Below, piece after piece: positions 35,461 through 45,371 of a stretch of DNA of 64,000 nucleotides; position 1 is the first letter of the stretch; every line of letters starts with the position of its first letter. A program made the position numbers and the translations under genes. The stretch lies in assembly GCA_018823175.1 (NCBI GenBank), contig JAHJIY010000007.1:32725-96724 (forward strand), in the 5' to 3' direction. This stretch comes from Pseudomonadota bacterium (lineage in GTDB: Bacteria; Desulfobacterota; Desulfobulbia; Desulfobulbales; JAHJIY01). Below the pieces are notes generated by a model, which did not search any database, was not told where the DNA came from, and saw only the letters and a list, made by a program, of their open reading frames with translations.

Positions 35461-35537
35461 CCTCCATCTTCCATCTTCCACCTTCCTCCTTCCAGCTTAT
35501 ACCTTAAACCTTCAACCTAATCCCTTTCTCCTTAATC
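35461..35537. repeat. Degenerate heptanucleotide array in inverse orientation (NCTTCNN x ~11)
   Basis: The units are ACCTCCA TCTTCCA TCTTCCA CCTTCCT CCTTCCA GCTTATA CCTTAAA CCTTCAA …. This is the reverse-complement sense of the 35345 array, about 46 bp away. Confidence 0.8.
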
Positions 35538-35645
35538 TTCTGCTTGAAATTCCAATCTTTTCACAGAATTATTGATATTTTACCAGGATTCTGTTATCAA
35601 AATCAGTTTCTGAAAATATATAATCGGCCGCATATTTTCCGCGGC

Positions 35646-35709
35646 TAAAGCTGAGTTGAGTTCCGCCGTGGCAGGGCTCAAACGATACTTATGCCCCTTG
35701 CGGTATAAT
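35646..35709 (+). repeat. Interspersed hairpin/TATAAT element, sense copy upstream of ileS
   Basis: TAAAGCTGAGTTGAG…CTCAAACGATACTTATGCCCCTTGCGGTATAAT ends 14 nt before the ileS ATG (RBS AAGGAG lies between). Related copies at 44107, 47404 (-), 61517 and 61611 (-). Confidence 0.8.
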
Positions 35710-35723
35710 CAAGGAGTTTCTAA

Positions 35724-38516
35724 ATGGACTATCGGGCGACACTGAATCTGCCCCAGACAGCATTCAAGATGAAGGCCAATCTGGCGCAGAAGGAACCTGA
35801 ACTGATCAAAAAATGGGACAAGGAGGATTTGTACGGCAAGGTGCAGGCGGCCACGGCCGATCGACCCTCTTATGTCCTGCATGACGGCCCTCCGTACGCC
35901 AACGGTCATATTCATATGGGCCATGCCCTGAACAAGATTTTAAAGGACATCATCCTGCGTTCCAAGCGGATGAGTGGCTTTCATTGCTCCTATGTGCCGG
36001 GTTGGGATTGCCATGGTCTGCCGATTGAACATAATGTCGACAAGGAATTGGGGGCCAAGAAGCGGGAGATCAGCAAGCTTGCCTTTCGCAACGCCTGCCG
36101 CAAGTATGCCGGCAAGTGGATCAAGGCCCAGAAAGATGAGTTCAAGCGGCTCGGGATTCTGGGGGATTGGGACAATCCTTACCTGACGATTAATTATTCC
36201 TATGAAGCGGCCACCGCCCGGGAGTTTAATCGTTTTCTGTCCTCCGGCGCCGTGGTCCGCAGCAAGAAACCGGTTTACTGGTGTACTTCCTGCGGCACGG
36301 CTCTGGCCGAGGCCGAGGTCGAATACGCCGATCATGGCTCGTTGTCGGTATACGTTAAGTTCCCGTTGCCGGATGATCTGGGTGAAGTCAATCCCGTCCT
36401 GGCCGGGATCAAAAATCTGTCGGTGGTCATCTGGACCACTACCCCCTGGACCTTGCCGGCTAATCTGGCCGTGGCTCTGCATCCTGATTTTACTTATGCC
36501 GCGGTCCGGGTGAAAAATGAAACCTTGATTATGGCCGAAGGATTGGTTGAAAAGGCCTGCGCCGCATTCGGCATCGCGGAGTACGAGATCATTGCCACCT
36601 TTGGTTCGGCCGGGCTTGAGGGGCGAAAATGCCGGCATCCTTTTATGGACCGGGATTCGCTTATTGTGCTGGCTGATTATGTGACCCTGGAAACCGGCAC
36701 CGGTTGTGTTCATACCGCCCCCGGCCATGGCCGCGAAGACTATATCACCGGTCTGCGTTATAATCTGGAGGTCCTTTCGCCGGTTGACGGCGAAGGAGTA
36801 TTTACTGATGAGGCCGGGCCTTATAAAGGAATGATGATCAAAGAGGCCAACCCGGTTATCTGCGATGATCTGGGTAAAAACGGTTTTCTTTTGGCCCGGA
36901 AAGAGATGTCCCACAGCTATCCCCATTGCTGGCGATGCAAGAAACCGGTCATCTTCCGGGCCACCGAGCAATGGTTTATCTCGATGGAGAACAATGATCT
37001 CAGGGGAAAGGCCCTGGCCGCGATTAAAGAAGTGGCCTGGACCCCGGTTTGGGGAATGGAACGGATTTACGGGATGGTTGAGGGTCGGCCTGACTGGTGT
37101 CTTTCCAGGCAACGGGCGTGGGGGGTGCCGATCACCGCGATTATGTGCGGGGATTGCGGCGAGATCCAGAACAACGAGCAGATTAACGGCAAGATCAATG
37201 AGCTCTTCTTAAAAGAAGGGGCTGATGCCTGGTTTTCCCATGAGGTCGGCGATTTTATGCCGGAGGGCGCGGCCTGTGCCAAGTGCGGATCGGGCCGGTT
37301 TGAAAAGGAAGAGGACATTCTCGATGTGTGGTTTGATTCCGGTACCAGTTACGCCGCTGTTTTGGAAGAGCGGGCTGACCTTTCCGCTCCGGCTGATCTT
37401 TATCTGGAGGGCAGTGATCAGCACCGCGGCTGGTTTCAGAGTTCGTTGCTGGCTTCGGTCGGGACCCGCGGCGTGCCGCCCTATAAGGGCGTGTTGACCC
37501 ATGGCTTTGTGGTGGATAAGAATGGTCGCAAGATGTCCAAGAGTGTGGGTAATGTTATTGCGCCGGAGGAGATCATCAAACAATACGGAGCCGAGATTTT
37601 GCGACTATGGGTGGCTTCCGAGGATTACCGGGACGATATCAAGATTTCAGATAATATTTTAAAGCAGCTTTCGGATGCCTATCGGAAGATCAGAAATACC
37701 ATCCGCTATCTGCTGGGCAATATCAGTGATTTCAATCCGGCGACAGATCGGGTGGCATACGATCAGATGCCGGAGATTGACCAATGGGCCCTGTCGCAAC
37801 TTGAGCAATTAAAAGAAAGACTGGTCAGCGCTTATGATTTATTTGAGTTTCATCAGATGTATCATCGGTTGCTTAATTTTTGCACCGTGACCATGAGTTC
37901 TTTCTATCTCGATATTATCAAGGACCGATTGTATACCGCAGCCCCTGATTCAGTCGACCGCCGATCGGCCCAGACCGTTCTTTATGATCTGACCGACGGC
38001 ATCCTGCGGTTGATGGCACCGGTCTTGACCTTTACCGCCACCGAGATCTGGGAGCATTTGCCGGCTGATCCAAGCCGTGAGTCCGATCTTGCCCTCGCCA
38101 GCTTCCCGACTCTTAATTCCTCTTATTTAAGGAAGGATCTTGATCAGGACTGGGAAAGGTTGATCAAGGTGCGGGGCGAGTTTACCAAGGCCCTGGAAAT
38201 TGCCCGGCAGGAGAAGGTCATTGGTCATCCCCTGGAGGCGCAGCTGTTGATTGCAGTTACCGGCGAGTTGGGGGATTTCATGCAAAAAAGGTGGAACAGT
38301 CTGAAGACCATTGCAATCGTTTCGGGTCTGGAGCTGGTGGCTGAACTTAAGGGTGATTTCTTTCAGAGTGAAGAGCTTCCAGGGTTGTCCATTCAGGTCA
38401 GACCCGCCGCCGGCGAAAAGTGTGAACGGTGCTGGATTCGGTCGGAAAGCGTCGGGCTGGAACCGGCCCATCCCGAAATTTGCGGGCGTTGTGTCTCGGT
38501 GGTGAATTCGTTATGA
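35724..38516 (+). CDS. ileS: Isoleucine--tRNA ligase
   Basis: HIGH motif PYANGHIHMGH, KMSKS motif GRKMSKSVGN, C-terminal Zn-finger CERCW…CGRC; 930 aa. Confidence 0.97.
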   Translation: MDYRATLNLPQTAFKMKANLAQKEPELIKKWDKEDLYGKVQAATADRPSYVLHDGPPYANGHIHMGHALNKILKDIILRSKRMSGFHCSYVPGWDCHGLPIEHNVDKELGAKKREISKLAFRNACRKYAGKWIKAQKDEFKRLGILGDWDNPYLTINYSYEAATAREFNRFLSSGAVVRSKKPVYWCTSCGTALAEAEVEYADHGSLSVYVKFPLPDDLGEVNPVLAGIKNLSVVIWTTTPWTLPANLAVALHPDFTYAAVRVKNETLIMAEGLVEKACAAFGIAEYEIIATFGSAGLEGRKCRHPFMDRDSLIVLADYVTLETGTGCVHTAPGHGREDYITGLRYNLEVLSPVDGEGVFTDEAGPYKGMMIKEANPVICDDLGKNGFLLARKEMSHSYPHCWRCKKPVIFRATEQWFISMENNDLRGKALAAIKEVAWTPVWGMERIYGMVEGRPDWCLSRQRAWGVPITAIMCGDCGEIQNNEQINGKINELFLKEGADAWFSHEVGDFMPEGAACAKCGSGRFEKEEDILDVWFDSGTSYAAVLEERADLSAPADLYLEGSDQHRGWFQSSLLASVGTRGVPPYKGVLTHGFVVDKNGRKMSKSVGNVIAPEEIIKQYGAEILRLWVASEDYRDDIKISDNILKQLSDAYRKIRNTIRYLLGNISDFNPATDRVAYDQMPEIDQWALSQLEQLKERLVSAYDLFEFHQMYHRLLNFCTVTMSSFYLDIIKDRLYTAAPDSVDRRSAQTVLYDLTDGILRLMAPVLTFTATEIWEHLPADPSRESDLALASFPTLNSSYLRKDLDQDWERLIKVRGEFTKALEIARQEKVIGHPLEAQLLIAVTGELGDFMQKRWNSLKTIAIVSGLELVAELKGDFFQSEELPGLSIQVRPAAGEKCERCWIRSESVGLEPAHPEICGRCVSVVNSL

Positions 38517-39025
38517 GGGCCAATAAACAGATGACGCCGCTATTATTTGCTCTGGCCGTGGTGCTGGCTGATCAGTTGACCAAATGGTGGGTGATGGAAA
38601 GTTTCATGCCCCATGAAAGCAAAGTGATTATTGCCGGTTTTTTTGATCTCACCTTTATTACCAATACCGGGGCGGCCTTCGGCCTGTTTGCCGGTGAGCA
38701 GACCATGGGCCGGCAGATTTTTTTCGTGGCGGTGGGGGTGGTTGCCTTGATCGCCCTGGCCTTGATTTTCAGACAACAGAAGAACCAGAGCTGTTTTTTC
38801 TCGTGGGCGATTGGTCTGGTTGCCGGTGGTGCGTTGGGGAATATGATTGATCGGCTGCGTTTCGGATCCGTGGTTGATTTTCTTGATTTTTACGTGAGCA
38901 ATTATCATTGGCCGGCCTTTAATGTGGCGGATTCGGCGATTACAGTTGGCGTTGGGTTTTTCCTGCTGGATGCCTTTTTGACCAGAAATCACGGCAAGAC
39001 AAGGAATAAAGAGGAGATAGTGTAA
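38513..39025 (+). CDS. lspA: Lipoprotein signal peptidase II
   Basis: ATG 38513 overlaps the ileS stop (ATGA). Motifs NTGAAFG and PAFNVADSAI; four TM segments. Confidence 0.9.
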   Translation: MRANKQMTPLLFALAVVLADQLTKWWVMESFMPHESKVIIAGFFDLTFITNTGAAFGLFAGEQTMGRQIFFVAVGVVALIALALIFRQQKNQSCFFSWAIGLVAGGALGNMIDRLRFGSVVDFLDFYVSNYHWPAFNVADSAITVGVGFFLLDAFLTRNHGKTRNKEEIV

Positions 39026-39028
39026 AAA

Positions 39029-39973
39029 ATGACGAACGGTAAAAAAATAGCCTTTATTTTTCCCGGGCAGGGTTCGCAATATGTCGGCATGGGCCAGGAG
39101 TTTCTGGCGACCGATCCCGGCGCTGGTGCCTTGATTGACCAGGCTGAAAAGATAAGCGGCATGCCGATAAGAAAATTATGTCTGGAAGGACCGATGGAGG
39201 AGTTGACCCGGACCGCCTGTTTGCAGCCGGCGATGACGGTCATGAATCTTATCAGCTGGCAGTCCTTGCAGAAGGCCGGAGTTTCTGCCGATTATATGGT
39301 CGGTCATAGTCTGGGCGAATATGCTGCCCTGTGCGCTTCCGGTATTTTATCCGTCGAGGATACCCTGGCCCTGGTTACGGAAAGAGGGCGGCTGATGGAA
39401 AGGGAAGCGGCAAAAAATCCCGGCGGGATGCACGCCATTTTGGGACTGGTTATGGCCGAGGTGCAGGAAATAATTTCAGGCCTTTCCGGAGGTGGCAAAA
39501 TAACGGCCGCCAATCATAATTCGGAAAAGCAGATTGTAATCTCAGGCGAACAGTCGGCCCTTGAAGCAGCGGCGGCAGTGGTGACCGAAAAAGGCGGTAA
39601 GTCCATCCCCCTTAAAGTAAGCGGCGCCTGGCACAGTGAGCTGGTTAAGGACGCGGTGCCTGATTTTACCGAGGCAATGGCTAAGGTTTCCTTCAATCGG
39701 CCGCTGGTTCCGGTTCTGTTTAACGTGACGGCGGCGGTTGAGACTGACCCGGCTGAGATTAGGCGGATCATGGCCCGCCAGATTGCCTCCACGGTCCGCT
39801 GGTTCGAGATTATCAATTTTTTAATCGAACAGAAGGTTGATACCTTTATTGAAGTAGGGCCGAAGACCGTGTTGACCGGGCTGATGAAAAAAATTGTCCC
39901 TAAAGGTTACGAGTATAATGCATTTCAGGTTGATTCTCCTGCCACACTGGAGAAATGTCTGGAAAATATATAA
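39029..39973 (+). CDS. fabD: Malonyl CoA-ACP transacylase
   Basis: FPGQGSQYVGMG and the active-site GHSLGEYAAL. Confidence 0.92.
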   Translation: MTNGKKIAFIFPGQGSQYVGMGQEFLATDPGAGALIDQAEKISGMPIRKLCLEGPMEELTRTACLQPAMTVMNLISWQSLQKAGVSADYMVGHSLGEYAALCASGILSVEDTLALVTERGRLMEREAAKNPGGMHAILGLVMAEVQEIISGLSGGGKITAANHNSEKQIVISGEQSALEAAAAVVTEKGGKSIPLKVSGAWHSELVKDAVPDFTEAMAKVSFNRPLVPVLFNVTAAVETDPAEIRRIMARQIASTVRWFEIINFLIEQKVDTFIEVGPKTVLTGLMKKIVPKGYEYNAFQVDSPATLEKCLENI

Positions 39974-40148
39974 CATGGTGTGGCGCAATATATCGATGAG
40001 TTCGGGCTTTTTTCGTGCCGCCGGACATCTTTGATATTGACATTTTGTCTTAAGTCTTTATATTTGTCGGATTTCCCTGTGGTCTTTACGTATTGTATCC
40101 GGCTGACATATAGCCGGTTTTATTATTTTATGGCTATGTATAATTTAC

Positions 40149-41510
40149 ATGTTTGATAATCTTTCCGACCGTTTACATAGTACTTTCAAGAAGCTGCGCG
40201 GCCATGGTACGCTTACCGAAGATAATATCCAGGAAGCCTTGCGCGAAGTGCGGGTGGCGCTTCTTGATGCGGATGTACATTTACAGGTCGTAAAGGATTT
40301 CGTTGCCACGGTCGCCGAAAAAGCGGTGGGCAAGGAGGTCATGACCAGTTTGGCCCCGGGTCAGCAGGTCATCAAGATTGTAAGTGAAGAGCTGGTCACA
40401 GTCCTTGGCGGGACTACCGAGCCGTTGCGTCTGGGTGGAAAATCGCCTGCGGTCATCATGCTGACCGGTCTGCAGGGGTCTGGTAAAACGACCTCGACCG
40501 GCAAGCTTGCTAAAATGTTGCAAGGCCAGGGGCGCAAGCCCTATCTGGTGCCGGCTGATGTTTATCGACCAGCCGCTATCGAGCAGCTCCAGATTCTGGG
40601 ACAAAAACTTGATTTGCCGGTCTATCCGACTACTGTTGATCAGGACCCGGTTGCCATTTGCCGTCAGGCGTTGCAGGCAGCAAAGCTAAGTAACTGTGAC
40701 ACCCTGATTATCGATACGGCGGGGCGACTCCATATTGATCAGGAGTTGATGGCGGAGTTGAGGCGGATCAAGGAAGCGCTTGTTCCGGCCGAGATCCTCT
40801 TTGTCGCTGATGCGATGACCGGGCAGGATGCGGTTAACGTTGCTGATAAGTTTAATCAGGATCTGACTATTACCGGTGTTGTTTTGACCAAGATGGATGG
40901 TGATGCCCGTGGTGGCGCCGCCCTTTCCATTAAAAAGGTCACCGGTTGTAATATAAAGTTTGTCGGCATGGGTGAAGACCTTGATGCTCTGGAGGTTTTT
41001 CATCCTGATCGTCTGGCCTCTCGTATTCTCGGGATGGGTGATGTTCTTACCCTGATTGAGAAGGCGGAAAAGGTTGTTGATAAAAAGCAGGCCGAAGATC
41101 TTGCCCGGAAGTTCCGGCGGGATATTTTTTCCCTGGAAGATTTCAGGGACCAGATTCGGCAGATCAAGAAGATGGGTAATCTCGAACAGATCATGGGCAT
41201 GATTCCGGGTCTGAGTAGAATGAAGCAGATGCAGAATATGCCGAAGCCCGATGAGAAAGAACTTGGCAGAGTGGAGGCGATTATCAACTCGATGACTGCC
41301 GCTGAACGCCGCAAGTATCAGATCATCAATACCAGTCGCCGTCAACGGATCGCCAACGGTAGCGGCACCACGGTCAATGATGTTAATAAGGTTATCAAGA
41401 GCTATACCGACATGCTCAAGATGATGAAGAAGATGAAGGGCAAGATGGGTGGTGGGATGGCTGTCGGTGGCCAGAAAAGACGCAAAAGACCGAAAGGGCT
41501 TTTTAAATAA
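40149..41510 (+). CDS. ffh: Signal recognition particle protein Ffh
   Basis: GLQGSGKTT, DTAGR and TKMDGDARGG GTPase motifs; Met-rich M domain. Confidence 0.95.
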   Translation: MFDNLSDRLHSTFKKLRGHGTLTEDNIQEALREVRVALLDADVHLQVVKDFVATVAEKAVGKEVMTSLAPGQQVIKIVSEELVTVLGGTTEPLRLGGKSPAVIMLTGLQGSGKTTSTGKLAKMLQGQGRKPYLVPADVYRPAAIEQLQILGQKLDLPVYPTTVDQDPVAICRQALQAAKLSNCDTLIIDTAGRLHIDQELMAELRRIKEALVPAEILFVADAMTGQDAVNVADKFNQDLTITGVVLTKMDGDARGGAALSIKKVTGCNIKFVGMGEDLDALEVFHPDRLASRILGMGDVLTLIEKAEKVVDKKQAEDLARKFRRDIFSLEDFRDQIRQIKKMGNLEQIMGMIPGLSRMKQMQNMPKPDEKELGRVEAIINSMTAAERRKYQIINTSRRQRIANGSGTTVNDVNKVIKSYTDMLKMMKKMKGKMGGGMAVGGQKRRKRPKGLFK

Positions 41511-41586
41511 CACGAAACTTACACCCTTGTGGTGTAAACAAATTGAAAGCTAGCTGGATTATTAATAGTCAGAAGGAGTGTAAATA

Positions 41587-41835
41587 ATGGCAGTACGGAT
41601 ACGTCTGACAAGACTTGGCAAGAAGAAAAAACCTTTTTATCGCATTGTGGTTCAGGATTCCGAATCAGCTCGTGACGGTAAATTCCTGGAAGTGGTTGGA
41701 AGCTATGATCCCATGCAGGAGCCGGCCCTGGTTGATATTAAACAGGACAAGCTTCAGGCTTGGCTTGATCGGGGCGCCAAACCCACTGATACGGTAAGGT
41801 CTTTGATCGCCAAAAATAGTGTTGTCGCGGAATAA
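41587..41835 (+). CDS. rpsP: 30S ribosomal protein S16
   Basis: [22 protein letters not shown]. Confidence 0.95.
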   Translation: MAVRIRLTRLGKKKKPFYRIVVQDSESARDGKFLEVVGSYDPMQEPALVDIKQDKLQAWLDRGAKPTDTVRSLIAKNSVVAE

Positions 41836-41841
41836 TTTGCT

Positions 41842-42072
41842 ATGAAAGAATTGGTGGAGTTTATAGCATCTTCATTGGTTGATGAGCCGGCGACTGTCCA
41901 GGTGACTGAGTCCGAGCGTGATGATCTTACCGTGTTCGAATTGCGGGTGGCCAAAGAGGATCTTGGCAAGGTGATCGGCAAGCAGGGGCGAACGGCTCGC
42001 GCCATCAGGTCTTTGTTGACGGCTTCGGCCAGTCAACTCGACAAAAAGGCCCGCTTGGAGATTCTGGAATAA
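41842..42072 (+). CDS. KH-domain RNA-binding protein (YlqC family)
   Basis: [24 protein letters not shown] (GxxG KH motif); conserved position between rpsP and rimM. Confidence 0.85.
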   Translation: MKELVEFIASSLVDEPATVQVTESERDDLTVFELRVAKEDLGKVIGKQGRTARAIRSLLTASASQLDKKARLEILE

Positions 42073-42112
42073 TTCTCCGGATATTCTTTGTTGTATACTA
42101 AGGAGTGAAACC

Positions 42113-42658
42113 TTGATTGCCTCTGTCAGCAGCCCGGATTCTGATAATTTTGTGCGGGTTGGAAAGGTGGTTAAGGTACATGGCATCAAGGGCGAGTTAA
42201 AGGTTCTGCCCTATGGTGATCCTGATTACTTCAAGTTGTATAAGCAGCTTGTCCTGGATCTTGATGAAGATGGTTCGGCCAAAGTTTATGACTTGGTGCG
42301 AGCTAGACCGCAGGCCAGCGTCGTGATTATTCAGCTTGCCGGGCTCGATGACAGAAATAACGCCGAGTTACTCCGTGGAGCCGAGGTCTGGACGGAGAAA
42401 AAGTTTTTGCCTGAACCTGCGGCGGAAGAAATTTATTGGCGGGAGATGGTCGGTCTTGAGGTAGTGACCGATGACGGGCAGCAACTCGGCAAGGTAAAGG
42501 CCTTACTTGAGACCGGGGGAACGGACGTTCTGGTTATAAGAGGGAACGGGCAAGAGTATCTGGTCCCGGCCCGGAAAGAATTTGTTGTTGATCTTAACAA
42601 TCAGGATGGCTGTTTGGTAATTTCGGTTCCACCAGGACTGCTTGAGATCAACTCGTGA
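42113..42658 (+). CDS. rimM: 16S rRNA processing protein RimM
   Basis: TTG start 7 nt after AAGGAG; VGKVVKVHGIKGELKV N-terminus; PRC-barrel C-terminus; synteny rpsP-rimM-trmD. Confidence 0.85.
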   Translation: MIASVSSPDSDNFVRVGKVVKVHGIKGELKVLPYGDPDYFKLYKQLVLDLDEDGSAKVYDLVRARPQASVVIIQLAGLDDRNNAELLRGAEVWTEKKFLPEPAAEEIYWREMVGLEVVTDDGQQLGKVKALLETGGTDVLVIRGNGQEYLVPARKEFVVDLNNQDGCLVISVPPGLLEINS

Positions 42659-42679
42659 AAGACCACGGCGTAATCAGGC

Positions 42680-43444
42680 ATGATATTTGATATCCTCACT
42701 ATCTTTCCTGATTTGTTGGAATCTCCCCTTAATGAGGGCATAATCCGGCGGGCCATAAAAGATGGCAAGATCGCAGTAAATATTCATAATATCAGGGATT
42801 TTGCCACGGATAAACATGCGATGACCGATGATCGTCCCTTTGGTGGGGGCGAGGGGATGGTCATGAAGCCTGAGCCGATTTTGGCCGCCTTAAATCAGGT
42901 GAAGCAACAGCAGGGAGTTGGTCTGGTTGTGATGCTTAGTCCGCAGGGTCGGCCTTATAACCAGGCCGTGGCTGAAGAGTTGGCCGGGCATGACCATCTG
43001 ATTATGATCTGCGGCCGCTATGAAGGGGTTGATGAGCGGATATTGACCCGGGTGGTTGATGATGAGATCTCCATTGGTGATTATATCCTGACCGGTGGTG
43101 AGTTGGCGGCCATGGTTCTGGTTGACTCCATAACCCGTTTGTTGCCCGGGGTATTGGGTTGTGCCGAGTCCGCGACCCAGGACACCTTCAGCCGTGGGTT
43201 ATTGAAACACCCGCAGTACACCAGGCCTCGTATTTTTGAAGGAGACGAGGTGCCTGATGTTTTGCTGTCAGGTGATCACGCGGCGGTTGACGAATGGCGG
43301 TTTCTGGCGGCAGTCAGGCAAACCCTGAAAAAAAGACCGGAATTAATCGGTAAGGTTGATTTTTCCGGGCAAGAGTTGATCACTCTGGAAAAACATGGTT
43401 TGGCGGCTGAAATTAACACATTGCAAAAGTTGGCTCGGCAGTGA
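42680..43444 (+). CDS. trmD: tRNA (guanine37-N1)-methyltransferase
   Basis: [19 protein letters not shown] and [13 protein letters not shown] motifs. Confidence 0.92.
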   Translation: MIFDILTIFPDLLESPLNEGIIRRAIKDGKIAVNIHNIRDFATDKHAMTDDRPFGGGEGMVMKPEPILAALNQVKQQQGVGLVVMLSPQGRPYNQAVAEELAGHDHLIMICGRYEGVDERILTRVVDDEISIGDYILTGGELAAMVLVDSITRLLPGVLGCAESATQDTFSRGLLKHPQYTRPRIFEGDEVPDVLLSGDHAAVDEWRFLAAVRQTLKKRPELIGKVDFSGQELITLEKHGLAAEINTLQKLARQ

Positions 43445-44034
43445 GTGAGGCCGAAAAGATATATGGCGACAAGGTCCGGGGGAATGTTGACTTGGCTTTG
43501 GTCCATTACCCGGTGTCAAATAAGAATAGTGAGACTATCGGGTCGGCGGTTACTAACCTGGATCTGCATGATATTGCCAGGGCAGGCCGCACTTACGGGA
43601 TTAACCGATTTTATGTGGTTACCCCTTATCAGGACCAGCAAAATCTGGTTCGGGAGATCGTAGATCACTGGTTGACCGGATACGGGGCCAGATATAACCC
43701 CAAGCGGAAGGAAGCGCTTGAAATTATCAGGATATGTGCTGATCTTGAATCGCTTTACGAGCAGCTGGTCGTAAAGTGGCAGACCAGACCAACCGTAATC
43801 GCTACCTCGGCCCGGGCCGGGGATAATCAGGTTTCTTACGACCTGGTTCGACAAAGAATAAAAGCCGGGGAGCGATTTCTGCTTCTTTTCGGAACCGGCT
43901 GGGGGTTGACCCCTGAGGTTATGGCTGGAGTAGATCGGGTCTTGCCGCCGATTTATGGTGGTGGTGATTACAATCACCTTTCGGTGCGGTCAGCGGCATC
44001 CGTTGTCCTTGACCGGCTGATGGGCGAGAGATGA
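43441..44034 (+). CDS. Putative SPOUT-like RNA methyltransferase (uncharacterised family between trmD and rplS)
   Basis: GTG start overlapping the trmD stop. [45 protein letters not shown] recalls the Methyltrn_RNA_4-type family, from memory only. Confidence 0.5.
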   Translation: MSEAEKIYGDKVRGNVDLALVHYPVSNKNSETIGSAVTNLDLHDIARAGRTYGINRFYVVTPYQDQQNLVREIVDHWLTGYGARYNPKRKEALEIIRICADLESLYEQLVVKWQTRPTVIATSARAGDNQVSYDLVRQRIKAGERFLLLFGTGWGLTPEVMAGVDRVLPPIYGGGDYNHLSVRSAASVVLDRLMGER

Positions 44035-44106
44035 TCTGTTTTAAACAATTAAGTCCGCTTGTCTTTTTTTTGCAGGATTGAGCTTAAATTTTTAAATTTT
44101 ACCGGT

Positions 44107-44164
44107 TAAAGCTGAGTTGAGTTGCTCGTCGACTCAAACGAAACTTATGCCCTTGTGGTATAAG
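44107..44164 (+). repeat. Interspersed hairpin/TATAAT element, sense copy upstream of rplS
   Basis: TAAAGCTGAGTTGAGTtgctcgtcgACTCAAACGAAACTTATGCCCTTGTGGTATAAG, 50 nt before the rplS ATG. Confidence 0.8.
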
Positions 44165-44214
44165 ATTTATATCTTTGGTGCCTGGCGCATCATCGGAAAC
44201 ATGGAGAGAAGGCT

Positions 44215-44565
44215 ATGAGTATTATTATTGATCAGATTGAAAAAGAGAATATGCGGCAAGATATGCCCGATTTTCGTTCGGGCGATACGGTTAAGGTTCA
44301 TATCCGTATTATTGAAGGCGCAAAAGAAAGGGTCCAGATTTTCCAGGGCGTGGTTATTCGTCGGAAAAGAGGCAACATAAGTGCAAACTACACCGTCCGG
44401 AAGATTTCGCACGGGGTTGGGGTCGAAAAGACCTTCCCTCTGCATTCTCCCAGGATTGAGAAAGTCGAGGTGGTTACCCGCGGAAAAGTTCGTCGTTCCC
44501 GCTTGTATTATCTTCGCGATCTGCGTGGAAAAGCTGCCAGAATTAAAGAGAAAAGCTTTATCTAA
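44215..44565 (+). CDS. rplS: 50S ribosomal protein L19
   Basis: [19 protein letters not shown]…RRSRLYYLR. Confidence 0.95.
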   Translation: MSIIIDQIEKENMRQDMPDFRSGDTVKVHIRIIEGAKERVQIFQGVVIRRKRGNISANYTVRKISHGVGVEKTFPLHSPRIEKVEVVTRGKVRRSRLYYLRDLRGKAARIKEKSFI

Positions 44566-44735
44566 TCTTTTCCGTTTTTGGGAAGAACCGCAGTTGATCC
44601 CATTCTCAGGAAGAACAATTTTCCGGAATTTTTCTTTTTTCCGGCGATTTTAATTTACAAGACACAGGCAGTCGGCTGAGATGGCTGCTTGTGTTTTGTT
44701 ATTTTCGGTTGGACTACCCAAGTCCTTCTTTTTTT

Positions 44736-45371
44736 ATGAGGCATGATTTCTTAGAAACAGACACCTTTTCTTTCGAGCGTGAGCTGATTAAGCATGGCTA
44801 TGCCGTGGTCGCCGGCACGGATGAGGCCGGACGCGGACCATTGGCCGGTCCGGTGGTGGCTGCCAGTGTTATTTTGTCGGACGACTGTGATTTCCAGAAA
44901 TTCAAAGACTCAAAAAAATTATCCCCCTCTGTCCGTTGTCGTCTTTATCGGGAACTGAGAGATTCCGGAGCAATGATCGGAATCGGCATGTGCAGTGTCG
45001 ATGAGATCAACCAATTAAACATCTTGCATGCCTCTTTGCTGGCGATGAAAAAGTCGGTGGAAAAGCTGCCGATTTTTCCTGATTTTCTTCTGGTCGATGG
45101 CAAATTTGCGGTGCCGATCATTCTGCCGCAGGAATCTTTGATTAAAGGTGAGTCCCGCAGCGCCTCTATTGCCGCGGCTTCTATTGTGGCTAAAGAGGTC
45201 CGGGATGAAATCATGAAAGAGTATCACGCGCAATTCCCCGAATATAATTTTTTAAAGCATAAAGGATATCCCACGGCTGAACACCGGCAGCTTATTGCCA
45301 AGTATGGCCCTTGCGAGATTCATCGCCGGACCTTTAAAGGGGTGCGGGAGCATGTGGGACGGATTTTCTGA
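44736..45371 (+). CDS. rnhB: Ribonuclease HII
   Basis: VAGTDEAGRGPLAGPVVAA and KDSKKLS motifs; start set at ATG 44736. Confidence 0.9.
   Translation: MRHDFLETDTFSFERELIKHGYAVVAGTDEAGRGPLAGPVVAASVILSDDCDFQKFKDSKKLSPSVRCRLYRELRDSGAMIGIGMCSVDEINQLNILHASLLAMKKSVEKLPIFPDFLLVDGKFAVPIILPQESLIKGESRSASIAAASIVAKEVRDEIMKEYHAQFPEYNFLKHKGYPTAEHRQLIAKYGPCEIHRRTFKGVREHVGRIF

Noticed and set aside
35262-35474. N-terminal extension of the CooC-like ORF (…LQPSAFDLIPSAFNLQPS…)
   Set aside because: The extension is the translation of the heptamer arrays. The conserved P-loop begins 5 codons after ATG 35261, which has a GGAGA RBS.
35940-37112. 390-aa antisense ORF inside ileS; similar long antisense ORFs at 28078..28995, 40686..41513, 57779..58549, 10412..11254 and 46123..46725
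   Set aside because: Each lies fully inside a confidently identified sense gene (ileS, TPR, ffh, proA, HK/RR, pdxA). Each translates to Arg/Gly/Pro-rich sequence with no motifs.
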